Origin: Dipteris shenzhenensis
Lineage: Eukaryota
Assembly (NCBI GenBank): GCA_047967505.1
Contig: CM106538.1
DNA: 64,000 bases
Strand: one strand, 5' to 3'
This document shows, one piece after another, positions 1 through 12,385 of the stretch. Below the pieces are notes generated by a model. The model worked only from the letters and a program-made list of their open reading frames with translations, did not search any database and was not told where the DNA came from. Within the stretch, counting starts at the first letter, position 1. Each line of letters opens with the position of its first letter. Made by a program: the position numbers and the translations under genes.

Positions 1-102
1 TCATTTCTCCCCTCCTTTCCAAAAGAGAACTCCTATCAAGAGGTTCTTGTTGGAAAGAGGGTAACTCTATTCGTGGATTATCATAATCAAGGTGTGTTTA
101 AG

Positions 103-250
103 TGTTGGGATAAAGGCCAATGGCCTAGTATATACCCCTTTGTACCATACATACATAATAAGAGCTTACCTTGATCTGGGTGAGTTAGCACCCACAATTT
201 CGGTGTTCTCCTTTTCTTTGTTGCTCTCCGATAAGACTTCCTCTCCATCA
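103..250 (+). repeat. 5' LTR of Copia-1 (148 bp, TG...CA)
   Basis: Begins TGTTGGGATAAAGGCCAATGGCCTAGTATATAC, which also occurs at 11753, and ends CCATCA 2 nt before the PBS. Confidence 0.75.
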
Positions 251-252
251 AC

Positions 253-264
253 TGGTATCAGAGC
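253..264 (+). promoter_or_regulatory. Primer-binding site (tRNA-iMet) of Copia-1
   Basis: TGGTATCAGAGC, the canonical plant tRNA-iMet PBS, directly after the LTR end. Confidence 0.9.
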
Positions 265-787
265 TTGGTTGAGCGAAGCCAACAAGGAGACTGTAGCATT
301 GTGGTGTTGCTGTGTCAAGAGCCCGAACTTGTTGCGTGGAGTCTCCTACTGCTCGTGGGTTGCCCCTGGGAGCTGTATTTTGACATATACTAGCTCGTTT
401 TTACTGTTTCAGCCATATATATCAGGTTGCCTCGATTGTTCCAGCAATCTATTGCCTTGTTTGAGCAGGGGAAAAGAAATATTATCCATCTATGGTCAAA
501 AACGACTTGCTGCTCTGCAATTCCAGCCACTGGAAGTTGCTTTTTTGGGACCTGAAAGCAAAAACGTCTTTTGCTTGTGGCGGACTCCAGTTGATCAAAG
601 GCAGCTGGTACATTCAGATTTTAGTTGGGTTTATGCCTTCAAGTTGATGCGTATTAAGCCAAAGGTTGGCTGAAAGTGATTGCTTACAATTGATGCATTT
701 TGAGCCTTTGTTTAGCTGAGAAAGTAAGCATAAGTGAATAGTGTTTTTCTGAAGCTGTCTTGTATCCCAGGAAGGGATTATTTTTTG

Positions 788-2571
788 ATGGCTTCGGCAT
801 CAGAGAATGCATTGTTTAACATTGAGAAGTTGGATGGCACAAACTTCTCCTATTGGAAGGAGCAAATCTACAATGTTCTGGTGCAGAAGAAGCAAGTAAA
901 GCCTATAAAATGCAAAGGCATAAAGCCAGAGGATTGGAAAGATGATGAAGAGTGCAAGGAATTAGATAAGCTTGCACGCTCTACGATCATGCTCACACTT
1001 TAAAAATCGGTATATTTCAATGTCAAAGATACTGCAGGTGGTACCTATGGTATGTGGACAAAGTTGCATGATCTTTATGAGAAGCAGAGTGCCGCTTGTC
1101 AAGTTTATTGGCTGAAGAAACTCATAGATCTTCGCATGGAAGAAGGGACTTCCATGTCTAGCCATTTAAATGAGTTAACACAATTTTCAGTCAACTTTCA
1201 GCTCAGAAAATTGCCTTTGATGACTCAGTTAAGGCAATGTTCTTATTGGTCACCCTTGCTGAAAGTTGGGACACTTTTAGGACTGCTATAAGCAATTCAG
1301 CCCGTGCAGGAGGCCTTACAAGTAATGATGTTGAGAGTAGCCTTCTCACTGAGGAGGTAAATAGAAAGAACACTACTGGAACTAAAAGTTCAAGTGCTCT
1401 CAATGTGAGAGGGAGGTCATATTTCAGAGGGAAATACCACGACAGAAATACAAGCAAGTCTAGAAGCAAATCTAGAGGAAAATCCCATGCCAAAAAGGAT
1501 TTGGAATGCTTCTATTGTGGGAAGAAAGGCCATTTCAAAAAGGATTGCTACAAATGGAAGAACAATAAAGGCAAAGGCAAAGGCAAAGCTAATGTGCAGC
1601 CCAAGAAGGAAGAGAAATCCACGGTCAATATAGAGGAAGTGAATGCCATAAGTAATAATACTGATGAGGGTGACATTCTTTATGCCTCTATGTTTGAGCA
1701 TGCTTTTCTTGTGACTAGTGATGATGCATTGTCACAGAATTGGATACTAGACTCAGGGGCATCTTTCCATGTCACTCCACATAGGGAGTGGTTTACCATT
1801 TATGATGCAGGAAGGAAAGGAACCGTGAGACTTGGAAATGATTATCCATGTGACATTGTTGGAGTGGGAGATATTCACTTGTCTCTTCCTAATGGTTCCA
1901 CATTTGTACTCAAGAAATTAGCAAAGGGTCACTTGTGATTGCTAGAGGTTTCAAGCATGGAACGTTGTACTCAATGCATGTGTTAGGCGTAAGAGATAAT
2001 GTAATCGCTGTGACCGAGCAGCCATTCGTCTCTTTGTGGCATCGTCGGTTGGGACACATGAGTATGACAGGAATGAAAATACTTTTTGGTTTGCAGTATG
2101 TTCATGTGTTTAATTTTTCAAATTTTAGCATATGTGAGTATTGCATCTATGGGAAGCAGAAACGGTCTTCACATAAAAAATCTTTGGGCAAGAAGAGGCT
2201 TGAACCATTGGAGTTGGTTCACAGTGATGTGTGTGGACCTATGCCTACTGTCTCATTGGGTGGTGCTTCTTACTTTGGTACTTTCATTGATGATGCTACA
2301 CGGAAAGTGTGGGTCTATCCTCTCCGGAAGAAGAGTGATGTCTTTGATGCATTTCAAAAGTTCTTAGCATTTGCTGAAAATCAGTCAGGCAAGAAGCTCA
2401 AATGCTTGCGCACTGATAATGGAGGAGAGTATATCTCATGCATTTAAGAATTTTTGTGAGCTACGTGGCATCAAGCGGGAGTTGACTACTCCTGAGAATC
2501 CTTCTCAGAATGGGGTTGCTGAGAAGATGAATAGAACTATTATATAAGCATGCTTTCTAATGCCGGTCTAC
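788..2571 (+). pseudogene. Copia-1 gag-protease-integrase (5' part), disrupted
   Basis: ORF fragments 734-1003, 1052-1291, 1237-1938 and 1935-2447 join across stops and frameshifts into a Copia polyprotein. There is an apparent short internal deletion after the protease (VLKK/LAKG, near 1915). Confidence 0.9.
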
Positions 2572-2980
2572 TATCACGATCTGTGACGTATTCCTTTCTC
2601 TATATCTAGACTTATGGATGGTTTGATGAATGGACACTTGTGGAAGGGTATGCCCTTTCGACGGGACACTTCCTATGAGGCATAACCCTTCACAAGAGAC
2701 ATTCTATTGAAGAGACACTCCTATTGTAATGTACCCTCTCATCAAGGGTCACACCCTTCACAAGGGGTACACACCTCTTCATGCACATACACTTTGGAGT
2801 ACACACCTTTTCATGTGTGACTTTTCACTCTCTATATAAGAGAGGCCCAACTGTGTGGATGACACACTACAGACACTACAGACACTCAAGCAATACAAAT
2901 ATTCCTTATTCTCTGCTATTTCAGTCTCCTTTCTGTTCCTTAGCACATTTCTAAATATAGTAAATCTAGGATTTCTTACA
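2572..2980 (+). repeat. Gypsy 5' LTR (409 bp; initial TG mutated to TA)
   Basis: Aligns with 9150-9561 with about 11 substitutions and 2 small indels by eye. Ends CA before the PBS and contains TATATAA. Confidence 0.95.
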
Positions 2981-2981
2981 G

Positions 2982-2993
2982 TGGTATCAGAGC
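2982..2993 (+). promoter_or_regulatory. Primer-binding site (tRNA-iMet) of the Gypsy element
   Basis: TGGTATCAGAGC 1 nt after the LTR end. Confidence 0.9.
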
Positions 2994-4367
2994 AAATTTC
3001 GCTCCTGTCTGTAGGAAATGCCCCCCACCTTCTAGCGCCTACCTGATACACCTCTTTCCGCTAGAAGGATATCCGGGCACATTGTGCATGGAAGAGATGG
3101 AGAGAATGAGCGTAAAAATTTTTTAGCGCCAACCCCACCTAAAGTCATCAATGGCCTCTCCATCTCCCCCATATCACGAGTTGATGTGAATGGACACGAC
3201 AAAAATTGTGTCTTTTGATGTGCTTGGGCTGTCCCAAAACCAAGGGACGCACCTTTTCCACCATCGGACACACCTTTTGATGAAGAGTTTTGACTCCACA
3301 CCCAAGGGACACATCCTATTGTGGAAAAAAGGACACATCTTTTCGTGTGGGGACACCCCTTTTTTAAAATAGGGTCACACCCCTTCATGAAAAGGTACAC
3401 CTATTCCAAGGGACACACCCCTTAGAATAGGCACACCTTTTGGCACCAAGCACCCTACAAAAGGGTACCTAAAAGGGCTAAAAAGAAAAACCAGCCCTAT
3501 ACCCAAGACCTAACCCTAGACTACCCAAGGGTTAATTAAACCCACATTTTAATTTTCTGGTAACCACCACCCAGCACTAGGTGCCCAAATCAAAAAATGC
3601 GAAATCCAGAATTCTGTTTCGCCTTTTTTGCCATACGTGTTTGCGCCATATCCTTGCAGCAAGCAGTGCCCCTCGTCAGGCCTCCATCTTGCATCGTTCT
3701 CGATGGCCTGCACTAGCCGGCTCTATTGCATACCTGCCTGCAAGACCTGGTGATCGAACAGACCCCCTTTGCAGCCTCTATCGTCAACTTGCTGCCTCGA
3801 TTTCTGCAAACAGCGCCAAGGTGCCAGAAATTCGCCATGATTACCTGCGATCAACAGCCTTTGCTGCCCGCAAATCAGCCAGGAAGCAAGAACAGCGCCA
3901 GATGCAACGATTTGTTTCAAGCCTCTGCCAGCGAATTTCTTCTAAGCCTCCCCTGCTTGTGATCAGCAGCCTCGATGCCCTTTTCATCTTGATTCAGACC
4001 AGCCTGGATCCTGCTGGCTCGTCTCGCCACCTTAGCCTGTGAACAGCGGCAGGCCAAGCCCTGCACTCCCATGGTACGCAGCAAATAGCACAGTTTCCAC
4101 GCAGAAGACAGCACCAGGTTCCGCGCAATCTGCCCTCTTCTGTAAATCGCCTCTGCCACGCCTCAGTCAGCCTTGAAAGTCTCGCCAGGCGCCTCTTAAT
4201 CGATGGACCTCCGGACAAGAGATTTTCAAGCCTTGCTATGCAACTAATTGGCAGATCTAATCTATGCCAGGTGGATTCTTTCCATTCTATTTCTAAGGAT
4301 TCTCTTTCATATTGTTATTTGACGCTCATTATCAAATTACAGCAAATGAAAGTCTCCTCCTTAAAGC

Positions 4368-7300
4368 ATGGAAACCCCTGGTAATTCCCCAGTCCCTTCA
4401 AGGACACCTCAGGCATCATCTACCACACAATATCGTGTTCAGATTGCACAACCAGCCCATTTCGGAGCTTTTGCATCGTGGGTCTTTTGTGTCACGTGCC
4501 CTTCCAGTGACTTGGACCACATCCTATACCTTCTGCGTGAGGCACCTCAGTTACATTACTTCCTCAGCACAGTCCAGGTTGTGTTCCACGAGACACGTAA
4601 CCCGATATTCCTCATGAGTTTGCTGTCCATCTTTGGAGATATTTTTACCCCTCAGCTTCAGCATCTCCAGGGTACTCTCCACCTCCTTCAGCTCCCAGAT
4701 ATCCTCCTGCACAGGTTGTACCTTCCCCAAGATAGTATTTACACTTTGAAGACACTCCTTCTCCTGGATATCCTCCACTCCCGACAGCAGCTCCTTATCC
4801 CTATGGTACAAACTAGAGTGCAGGTTCGTGCTTTTCTCTCAGGGATCTCAGATATGTCGCAACGCTCGCGTGCAAAGCGACTCAAGTCTAAAAAAGACCC
4901 CTGAAGTCAACTTACAAGGCGAAGCACTACTTCAACTTCAAATTTCCCAGCTTCAGGACAGCATCTCCGACTTGGTCCAGAAAGTCCAACAACTCCAAGA
5001 TTCTCGCAGTACCACACATACAGAGGATGACGTGACGCAACTAGACGACTATGTGGACTCATTTCCACCTGAGGTAGAAAACACTGAACTCCGTGCCCTC
5101 TACCGGTTACTCTAAGCTTCCAAAACTAAAAGACTTGACATTAAACTTTCGGAAGCCTACACTGGTCAACGAAATCACCGAACAGTTGACCAATGGCTCA
5201 CAAAACTGCGCATGTACTTTGATACTGTTGACCTGATCGAAGGCAAAAAAATTGCCTTGACAGCCTTCCTCCTCAAGGATACAGCTTTCCTATGGTGGCA
5301 ACGACGCTTAAAGGACGACAAAAGTGTGTTAACCTGGGAATGTTTTGAACACGTGCTCCATTAGCAGTTCATACCTGCCAATGCAGACTTCCAAGCACGA
5401 TCAAAACTCAGATAGTTGGAGCAAACAGGCTCCCTGTCTTCCTACATCTCTCAGTGCACCACATTGGTGCTGGAGATTGATGGTGTAACTGATGATGATC
5501 ACCTTCATGCTTTCATCTCAGGCCTAAATCCCTCGTTACGCATTGATATCCTCAAAGCAAACATCACCACCACAACTGGCGCTATTACTTACGCAGAGCG
5601 CATTACTGATTTTCCAAAACACAGGAAAGCAGAGTGCTAATAGAACACCGAACTCTACAATGGCCAAAGGTGCTCGCCCTCAAAATAACCTCAAGTTTAG
5701 AAAAAACTCGGGTAATCAAGGTCAGCGACAGTCTCAAGATCCCCACACAAGTCTCAGAAATCGTATGCTTGATTCCAACAGAAGCACTCCTCCAAGGATC
5801 GCGCCTCTTCTTCTTCACAAAGTCATCACCGTCATCCCCAACATAAAGGTGCGGCCACTGACAAGAAGAACAACTTGAGGACAAAAGGACTTTGTACCAT
5901 CTGTATAGGCAACCATAGATGGTTCGATTGTCCCAAGCGACCAAAGCAAAATTCCAATATGGAACCTAGCACTTCCTAAATAGAAGATGCTACCCCAACA
6001 CAAGACAAGAAAGGCAAAGCTGTTCGAATGGCAATACCATCCACATGAGCCTTGCCAGCAACCCTGAACCTTGCCTGGCCACTCAAGTACTTTGTCTAGG
6101 GACTCTCCTTAACCCCAGTTGCCTCTATCCTACAAGTAAAGAAGTGGGTTCGTAAACATCAAGTAAAGACTTCACTTCTGTTGGTTACGGCAGTAGAGGA
6201 GACACTAAAAAAGGATCCTCCTGAATACCTCAACCAACCTTTTTTCTAGCCCTACCTGGATATTTTTCCACAGGAATTGCCAAAGCAGTTACCACCTCGA
6301 CGACCAGTGGATCACCCAATCGAACTTATTCCTAGCAGTAATCCACCGTCGAAACCTCCATATCGGGTTTCTTACACTCAAAATGAAGAAATCCAAAGAC
6401 AGGTGACCGAACTACTCGACAAAGGTCACATTCGGCCCAGTCGCAGCCCTTTCGGATCTCCTGTACTACTTGTGGAAAAAAAGAATAAGTCAATGCGCCT
6501 CTGCATCGACTACTGAGCCCTCAACAAGCTCACTATAAAAAACAAGTATCCATTGCCTCGCATTGATGACCTCTTCGATCAACTTCTACACGCAACACAA
6601 TTCTCAAAGATTGATCTTCGTTCAGGTTGGTTATCATCAAATTCGCATACGATAAGGCGATGAGTACAAGACAGCTTTTCGAACAAAGTATGGACACTAT
6701 GAATGTTTGGTCATACCTTTTGGGTTAAACAATGCCCCGGCCACATTCATGACACTAATGAACGACATCTTCAGGCCTTTCCTCGATAAGTTCATCATCG
6801 TTTACCTCGATGACATCCTTGTTTTCAGCAGATCCCTACATGAGCACAAACAACATCTTCACAAAGTTTTTGAAGTTCTTTGCGCAAATTCTCTTTACAT
6901 CAACATTGAGAAGAGTGAGTTCTTCAAGACCCAACTCGAATATTTGGGACATGTTATTTCAGCTTAAGGCATCTCTATGGATCCCAAGAAGGTCGAGGTA
7001 ATCCGCAACTGGCCTACTCCTAAGAATGTTCATGATGTCCGCTCTTTTCTCGGATTGGCAAACTTCTACCATACAAAGGTCTATTAGTTTTCCGAAATCG
7101 CAGCTCCTATGTCTGAATTATTGAAAAGCATAGCAATTTTTCAATGGCTTCCCGAAACAGAGTATAGTTTCCAACAACTCAAGCAAGCACTCACTACCAT
7201 ACCAGTTATGGCTATTGTTGACCCAAACCTTCCATTTGAGGTCATGACCGACGCTTCCAACATCGCTACAGAAGCAGTCTTGATGCAAGAAGGCAGAGTG

Positions 7301-9093
7301 ATTGCTTTTGACAGCCATAAACATTCCGATATCCAAACCCGATACCCGGTTTATGATAAGGAGTTTCTTGCCGTTGTACATGGTTATCGCTCTTGGAAAC
7401 ATTATCTCATGGGAGCCGACTCGGTGGTCAAGACAGACCATCACTCTCTAAAGTATATCTTTACTCAGCCAGTCATGAACGCTCGACAAGCACACTGGGT
7501 TGAGTTTCTGGCCAACTTTCACATGACCATTGAGTACATTCCAGGACTACGCAATGTAGTTGCAGATGCTCTCAGCAGGTTAACTCGAGCATCAGCTATG
7601 GTAATCTCTACATTATCTGTGGATGTTCCGAATTCATTCAAAGGGAAGTATTTCAATGATAAAGACTTCGGCACATCAGTACAAGTTCTTTCAAAAGATC
7701 AACCTTCGACTTCCGAACAGAAGATTTTCTCATCCTATTCTTATACGGACGACCTTCTGTATTATCAAGATCGCGTCTGTGTACCACATGACAAGGATGT
7801 TCGACGTCTTTTGTTAAAAGAGCATCATGTAGTTCCTTATGCTGCCCATCCAGGCATCAACAAGACTTATAGGTCACTCAGTGCAACATACTATTGGCCT
7901 TAGATGAAAAGCGACGTCATCAAAATGGTTACATCTTGCTTATCTTGTCAACAAATGAAAGCAAGCCGACGACTTTCAACAGGACTTCTTCAGCCTCTTC
8001 CAGTTCCAACTGAAAGGTGGGAAAGTATTTCCATGGATTTCATTACGACACTACCACGATCCCTCCCGAGGTAATACTCAGATTATGGTAATTGTTGATC
8101 GATTGTCCAAAATGGCATACTTTGTTACTTGCAAAAGCAGTGCACAGGCTCCGGACATCTCCAAACTCTTCATACAACACATCTTCCGACACCATGGATT
8201 GCCCAAGAATATCATATCCGACAGAGATCCTAAGTTTACCAGTCACTTTTGGATTTCACTGTTCGAATCTTTGGGTACAACTCTACTGTTTAGTTCAGCC
8301 TACCACCCAGAATCAGATGGCCAGACTGAAAGAGTCAACCAAGTTCTGGAAGAAATGCTTCGATATTATATTCAGTCACGCCTAACAGCTTGGGAAGAGT
8401 ATCTACCATTCCTTGAGTTTGCTTATAATAACTCTTTCCATAGTGCCATCAGCATGACTCCGTTCCAAGCAGCTTATGGATACACTCCGATTGTACCAAC
8501 GAATTTTGTACTTCAACATCGAGTGGCCCTAGTTGATCAATTGGTTCAAGAAATGCAAGGCATTCTACTCTCAAGTCAGGGATCATATGCGAAAAGCGCA
8601 AGAGCGGTATCAACGGTCTGCCAACAAACATAGACGTCACCTAGAATTTGACACTAGTGACATGGTGCTATTATTTGTAGCCCCACATCGCTATAAGACG
8701 GTTAAGTTCGTGTTTCCTAAGTTGCGACCAAGATACTATGGACCTTTTTGGATCGTCAAGAAAAATTTACCTTTAAGTTACAAATTGAAATTACCACCAT
8801 CATGGGGTAAAATCCATCCGGCATTTCACATTTCTTGGCTAAAGACGTACATTCTAGGCGATGAAGCAGTTTCTCTTGCAGGTGATTATGTCCCAGAAAT
8901 CGAAGACGATTATGTTCTCCTTATTCCTGAGCGTATTCTGGACCATTGACAGCGAGAGACTCGACATTAACTTATCACGGAATTCCTTGTTCTTTGGCGA
9001 GATCTGGACGACTCCGACGCTACTTGGCAATCTGATGAAGACTTACAGCAGTACCCTGACATTTTACAGCAGTATTTTCAGAATTTACCGTGA
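4368..9093 (+). pseudogene. Gypsy gag-pol with C-terminal chromodomain, disrupted; aspartic protease not seen
   Basis: Gag-like capsid text (AFLWWQRR, LEQTGSLSSY, AFISGL) and zinc knuckle CTICIGNHRWFDC. RT (RLCIDY, PFGLNNAPATF, VYLDDIL), RNase H (MTDAS, YDKEFLAV, TDHHSL), integrase (SDRDPKF, SAYHPESDGQTER) and a chromodomain-like tail (PERILDH...EFLVLWRDLDDSDATWQ). Many stops and frameshifts; the 5' boundary is uncertain. Confidence 0.9.
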
Positions 9094-9149
9094 TATTTTC
9101 TACATTAGTTCATTATCTCCACCAGGGTCTTATTTTGAGTGGGAGGGGA

Positions 9150-9561
9150 TGTCACGATCCGTTACGTATTCCTTTCTCTATATCGAGACTTATGGATGGT
9201 TTGATGAATGGATACTTGTGGAAGGGTATGCCCTTTCGCGACGGGACACTTCCTATGAGGCACAACCCTTCACAAGAGACATTCTATTGAAGAGACACTC
9301 CTATTGTAATGTACCCTCTCATCAAGGGTCACATCCTTCACAAGGGGTACACACCTCTTCATGCACATACACTTTGGAGTTACACACCTTTTCATGTGTG
9401 ACTTTTCACTCTCTATATAAGAGAGGCCCAACTGTGTGGATGACACACTACAGATACTACAGACACTCAAGCAATACAAATATTCATTGTTCTCTACTAT
9501 TTCAGTCTCCTTTCTGTTCCTTAGCACATTTCTAAATATAGTAAATCTAGGATTTCTTACA
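9150..9561 (+). repeat. Gypsy 3' LTR (412 bp, TG...CA), preceded by a polypurine tract
   Basis: Direct repeat of 2572-2980; PPT GAGTGGGAGGGGA at 9137-9149. Confidence 0.95.
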
Positions 9562-11698
9562 TCTACCTCATGGTTTTTGGGCTGAGTCTATCAAGACAAC
9601 AGTACATCTTATCAATAGATCGCCTAGCAAGGCACTAGATGGGAAAGTGCCAGAAGAGATTTGGTCAAGCAAGCCACCATCTTATGGGCATCTTCGTGTA
9701 TTTGGTTGTGAAGCTTATGTTCATATCCCTAAGGAAAAATGCAGCAAGCTTGATCCAAAGTCAAGGAAGTGCATTTTTCTTGGATATGGTGATTTCAGAC
9801 GAGATGGGATACTGATTGTGGAATCTAGAGGCCAGGAAGATAGTACGCAGCCATGATATTATCTTTAATGAGGACAAGATGCACAAGAAGCCAGAAAAGA
9901 TTGTTGAGATACGCAGAGTGGTGTTTCAAGAGGATGGACAACCATCATATGAGAGGCATGCACAACCTGTTCCACATGATGCAGGGGATGAACAGCCCAT
10001 AGATCGTGAGGTGGGAGAGCCACATCTAGGTGGACAACCTCAGGTTATGCAAGGAAATCAGTTGGGACAGCAAGATGCTCATGGTGAGCAAGTGTTGAGA
10101 CGTTCCACTAGAGTCTCACGACCTCCACAGAGATATGCTCCATCTCTAGATTATGTCATGTTGATAGATTGTGGTGAGTCTTCATGCTTTGAGGATGCTA
10201 TGTCTAGCAATGACAAGCATAAGTGGGAGAAGGCTATGCAGTTAGAGATGGATTCTTTGATGAAGAATGCTACTTGGGATTTGGTTTATTTGCCCAAAGG
10301 AAAGCATGCATTGCCATGCAAATGGGTTTACAAGCTGAAGATGTCTCCAGCAGATGCATTGCCTAAGTATAAGGCAAGGTTGGTAGCCAAGGGTTTTAAG
10401 CAGGAGAAGGGGATTGACTTTGATGAGATCTTTTCCCTAGTGGTGAAGATGACTACCCTTCGTATAGTGCTTGCATTGGTTGCCAGAGAGGACATGGAGC
10501 TTGTCCAAATGGATGTCATGAGAACATCTATATGCAACAGCCAGAGGGATTTGTTGTGCAGGGAAAAGAACGGATGGTATGCAAGCTTTAGAAAAGTCTT
10601 TATGGACTAAAGCAAGCTCCCAGGGAGTGGTACCATAAGTTTGATGCATTTATGCGATCCCAAGGGTACACACAGAGTGAGACAGATCATTGCCTCTACA
10701 CAAAGAAGGCATCAGATGGCAGCCTTCTTATTTTGATTTTATATGTTGATGACATGCTTATTGTTGGGAAATCTACTTTGGATCTGGATGCCTTGAAGAA
10801 AAGGTTACATGAGACCTTTGACATGAAGGATTTGGGTGATGCTAGTCACATACTTGACATGAGGATTGTTCGGGATAGGAACAAGAAACTCCTTCATTTG
10901 TCACAGAAAGAGTACATTAGCAAGGTACTTGAGCGTTTCAATATGGAGAGGGGGAAGTCCATAAGTACTCCATTGCCCTTATATGTGAAACTCATGCAAG
11001 CGGACAGCCCTAAGTCAGACGAGGAGCGGGCTGAAATGGCAAAGATACCTTATGCATCCGCAGTAGGAAGCTTGATGTATGCCATGGTTGCTACACGTCC
11101 AGATATTGCTTTTGCAGTGGGAGCTATTAACAGGTATATGGCAAATCTTGGTAAGAAGCATTGGGAGGCAGTGAAAGGTATCATGAGATACTTGAATGGT
11201 ACAAAGAACATGTGCATTCTCTTTGGAAGGAAGGACACATCTGTTGTTGGATATGGAGATGCTGATTTTGTAGGGAATGTAGACACCAGGAGTTCTACTA
11301 CAGGATATGTTTTCTCATTCACTGGAGGTGCAGTTTCATGGGTCTCTGGTTTGCAGCCATGTACGGCTTTGTCTACCACTGAGGCAGAGTATGTTGCAGC
11401 CACTGAGGCATGCAAGGAAGCTATATGGCTTACTCGTCTAGTGGACTTGAGCATTGCAGGAAAGGTTCCAGTTTTGCATTGTGATAGTCAGAGTGCCATT
11501 CAGTTGGCACGGAATCATGTCTTCCATGCGAAGACAAAGCATATTGATGTGAAGTATCACTTCATTAGAGAGGTGATTGAGGACAAGCGCATCCAGCTTG
11601 TTAAGGTTCACATAGATGAGAACCGTGCAGATCTTCTTACAAAGAGTCTTTCCTCAGAGTGGTTTGCACATTGCAGAGTATTGATGGGTGTCAGATGA
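9562..11698 (+). pseudogene. Copia-1 integrase (3' part)-RT-RNase H, disrupted
   Basis: Resumes the integrase frame (..NAGL|PHGFWAE..). ORFs 9647-9856, 9816-10610 and 10652-11698 carry HLRVFGC, YKARLVAKG, YVDDML and KTKHIDVKYHFIRE. Confidence 0.93.
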
Positions 11699-11740
11699 CA
11701 TTAGGATGCTCATCTTCTCCCTTAAAGGCGCATTGGCCTT

Positions 11741-11784
11741 GAAGTGGGAGGTTGTTGGGTAAAGGCCAATGGCCTAGTATATAC
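11741..11784 (+). repeat. PPT and truncated or discordant 3' LTR of Copia-1
   Basis: GAAGTGGGAG, then TGTTGGGTAAAGGCCAATGGCCTAGTATATAC (11753-11784), matching only the first ~33 bp of the 5' LTR. Confidence 0.75.
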
Positions 11785-12385
11785 ATCTTTTTTCAAGGGT
11801 GTATCTAGCCATCTTTCTTAGGCACCTCTAGATCTTTTTTGTCCAAGGTGTAACGTGGACTATGTCTTTATCAATCTACTTTAGTAAACTGCATATTGCA
11901 TAAAATTTAATCAAATAAAAAATTCCTAAAAATAAGTGCAACGACTTAGGGATGCAAAACTGTCAAAATGGGTCAGGTTTAGATAGTGTGCACCCATCCT
12001 ATAAAAGCATGACCTAAGGTTAACACACAGAGTGCACATAAACACACAATTTAATGTGCAAAAAGGTGCACAGTCTCGGTGAGGTTGCCCTCAGTGGACC
12101 TATAACCTCGAGCTTTGCCATCTTATGGATTGTGTTGTTTTGATCCATTGGTTTCAGGGTACTGCCACACACCCCAAAACCCTTACCTTATTGGGGTGCA
12201 CCAGGTTAGGCTCTCTAGTGACCTCTGTGTTTTGGTGCTTGGAGAGGCATATAAGGGATATTGGTCGCACTCGGCAACTTTGTTGATTGCATCTCAGGTC
12301 TTGACACATATCAGCTTGAGCCTGCCTTAACCAAACGGGTTGTTTACTTCTGGGTTGGACCTTTGTAAATTTACTCCAGAGACTA

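Larger units (their letters stand above)
2572..9561 (+). mobile_element. Ty3/Gypsy chromovirus-type LTR retrotransposon nested in the Copia-1 integrase, 5-bp TSD TCTAC
   Basis: Near-identical LTRs at 2572-2980 and 9150-9561; TCTAC at 2567-2571 and 9562-9566; PBS 2982-2993; PPT 9137-9149. Domain order is gag-RT(YLDD)-RNaseH-integrase-chromodomain. Confidence 0.96.
103..11784 (+). mobile_element. Ty1/Copia LTR retrotransposon (Copia-1), degenerate, interrupted by a nested Gypsy element
   Basis: TG..CA LTR at 103-250, then PBS TGGTATCAGAGC. Gag (EKLDGTNFSYWK; zinc knuckle CFYCGKKGHFKKDC), protease (WILDSGASFH), integrase (HSDVCGP, IDDATR, RTDNGGEY), RT (CKWVYK, YVDDML) and RNase H (DADF, STTEAEY, CDSQSAI) occur in Copia order. 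PPT and LTR start at 11741-11784. Confidence 0.95.

Noticed and set aside
92-673. 193-aa ORF
   Set aside because: GTG start, spans the Copia LTR, PBS and leader, and has no protein motif; a chance ORF.
8861-9535. 224-aa ORF at the Gypsy 3' end (possible env-like or extra ORF)
   Set aside because: An off-frame overlap of the chromodomain running through the PPT and 3' LTR; no evidence of independent coding.
12115-12330. VSGYCHT peptide as a candidate upstream exon of the epimerase gene
   Set aside because: Only a superficial resemblance to the expected VSGTCR motif; no convincing splice sites or further similarity, and it is adjacent to LINE remnants.
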